Positions 62,330 through 64,000 of a DNA stretch of 64,000 bases are shown piece by piece (the stretch's first letter is position 1; each line of letters starts with the position of its first letter). The notes under the pieces are model-generated. The model was given only the letters and a program-made list of their open reading frames with translations. It made no database searches and was not told the origin of the DNA. This DNA is from Styela clava (lineage: Eukaryota): positions 17,670,001-17,734,000 of the forward strand of contig NC_135250.1 in the NCBI RefSeq assembly GCF_964204865.1, in the 5' to 3' direction. Both the position numbers and the translations under genes were made by a program.

Positions 62330-63370
62330 ACATGATGCGCAACTCCGACATTTTTGGCCGAAGATCGTATCCGATAGCACGCTCCAATGCACATACTTGA
62401 CGAGACGAAAACGAGCGGATGTGTGCTGCTTTCAAGGCATAACACGAATGGTGTTCGTGCCTGCTTTGACAGTTGTTTGGTTTTTAATGATATTTGGAAA
62501 ATTGAAGGTAAAAAGAAATTGGAAGAAAGTAAGGTAAACACTATTGTTGTATATCACACCCGGGCATCGCACTGTTAAGTACATGTGGAAAAGCCAGCTT
62601 TTGTCAAATACTACGAAGTTATTAATTCAGTACGGTACGTAGTTGACCATTTGCCGAAATTGCATATTTACTTACCCCTTATGGTTTCAAATAGTTCATG
62701 CACCTCCATTTAGATTTTTTTAATCAGTGAGGATATATACTCATTGCTGATTGCTGTTCATTGTAACATACTATTGCGCATTCACTTTTATTTGCGTATT
62801 GAATCAAAGTGTTAACAAGTTCACCTAACATTCCACTCATGCCGGTCTATATTGTATAGTCTGATCTCTCAAGTATTTGGAGCCACGAATGCTTGTAATT
62901 TTCTGACCAAACCCTTTTATTAGTTGGTTTATATACCAAATTCAGTAAAACATTTTTTACATAAAACATGGGATATTGGATTTATTAGCTTTTCCATTCT
63001 AAATCATATAGACTGCTTTATTTATTCTTAACGAAAATAAATAAATCTCCTCTCTCTCTTCAGATGTGAAAGTTGTGGACAAACCTGTCTAAGCATTGTG
63101 AGACCCCTGCAGCACAAGAGGCAATAGCAAATATAGTAAGTATATCAATCAAGAAATTAAGCCGACATAAAGCAAAACTTTCAACTATTCGTTTAATCTC
63201 AATTTCCTATTATTTATTCACAGGACAACTATAGCAGAAGGGGAGTTATCAAAAGTCTGGCGACATATCAGTGACAGTGTGATTCCAAGGAATATAATTA
63301 GAATACTCCATAAATGTTTGCAATAGAAGAACAACCTATGGAGGCATGCAAAGAAATTTGACCCTTCGGT
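62330..63370 (+). pseudogene. Possible decayed spliced gene of unknown identity
   Basis: Exon-like blocks (donor at 62534; 63064-63135; 63224-63368) with good AG/GT sites and compatible phase, but with in-frame stops. No recognisable domain. Confidence 0.22.
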
Positions 63371-63651
63371 AAAGTTGTGTATATAGCCCCTACATCCTGC
63401 AGGGCTTGAGGGAAATAACTAAAAATTCCAAAGCGTAAGATTACATAAGCGGTCTTATTTGTAAAAAGTCACAAAACATGCCAGACATACCTAAAACAGC
63501 TTTGAAAAATGAGGATTACGGGTCACTGACTACACCTGTGTTATATTTGGTTCATCAACTTTTGGTAGTACTATAGAAGAAATTCAGGAAAGGGTATAAT
63601 CATGATTTATGATAAAATACTGTTATATATTTTGGACAGCTTCAATCTAGA

Positions 63652-64000
63652 CCAGGGATGTCAAACTCGCGGCCCCAGAGAACTTCCAGTGCGGCCCTCG
63701 AACGCTTAACAATAATTGTAATAGTATTTTGGAAGTTTTTTATGTAATAAATTTTTCAAACCTTTCAAAGTGAAATTGAATATTCACACAGAAAACAATT
63801 TACTGAAAGTAGTTTTGAAAATATTTTTTTTTTGTTAACATCAAGCTAGCAAAAGAATACTTAAATAAAACATTTGAGTGATTAAATTAAACGCAAAGTA
63901 CATGAAGAAGGTGGCATTTTCAAAGAAAATGGGAGTTGCAATATTTCTGCATTTCACAAAATTCTGAAGCACATTGTGTCATATTAATTTCTCATATTTC
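63652..64000 (+). mobile_element. 5' part of a hAT (SPIN/GTF2IRD2-like) transposon with a frameshifted transposase start
   Basis: atctagac|CAGGGATGTCAAAC terminus and gcggccc motifs; 63888-63985 reads KRKVHEEGGIFKE / KWELQYFCISQNSEAHCVI across one frameshift. Confidence 0.72.

Overview
AT-rich, intron-rich animal genomic DNA (invertebrate; possibly an ascidian, which the sequence alone cannot prove). Three spliced genes can be rebuilt from splice sites and reading phase: an MFSD6-like MFS transporter (+, 3268-7039) preceded by a near-identical truncated copy of its 5' end (399-1608); LRGUK (+, 16735-26601, 14 exons); and a convergent BRM/BRG1-type SWI/SNF ATPase, SMARCA2/4 (-, 52215-27905, over 30 exons). 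About 1 kb upstream of the SMARCA promoter is an intronless, divergent CENP-A-like histone H3 ORF (-, 54201-54560). The right end is TE-dense: a Sola1-like MITE, a Tx1/L1-clade RT relic with one in-frame stop, a ~350-bp tandem array and a hAT relic. Introns hold a young tRNA-derived SINE family and many MITEs (Buster-type hAT, Tc2/pogo-like, Merlin-like, Helentron-like). Best leads: (1) the CENP-A-like ORF lacks tetramer-interface residues and sits in TE-like DNA; (2) a candidate AT-AG intron in SMARCA whose ends can base-pair, next to two frame-restoring microexons; (3) apparent capture of the MFSD6 5' fragment inside a hAT element. No database searches or folding programs were run; all family assignments come from recognised motifs.
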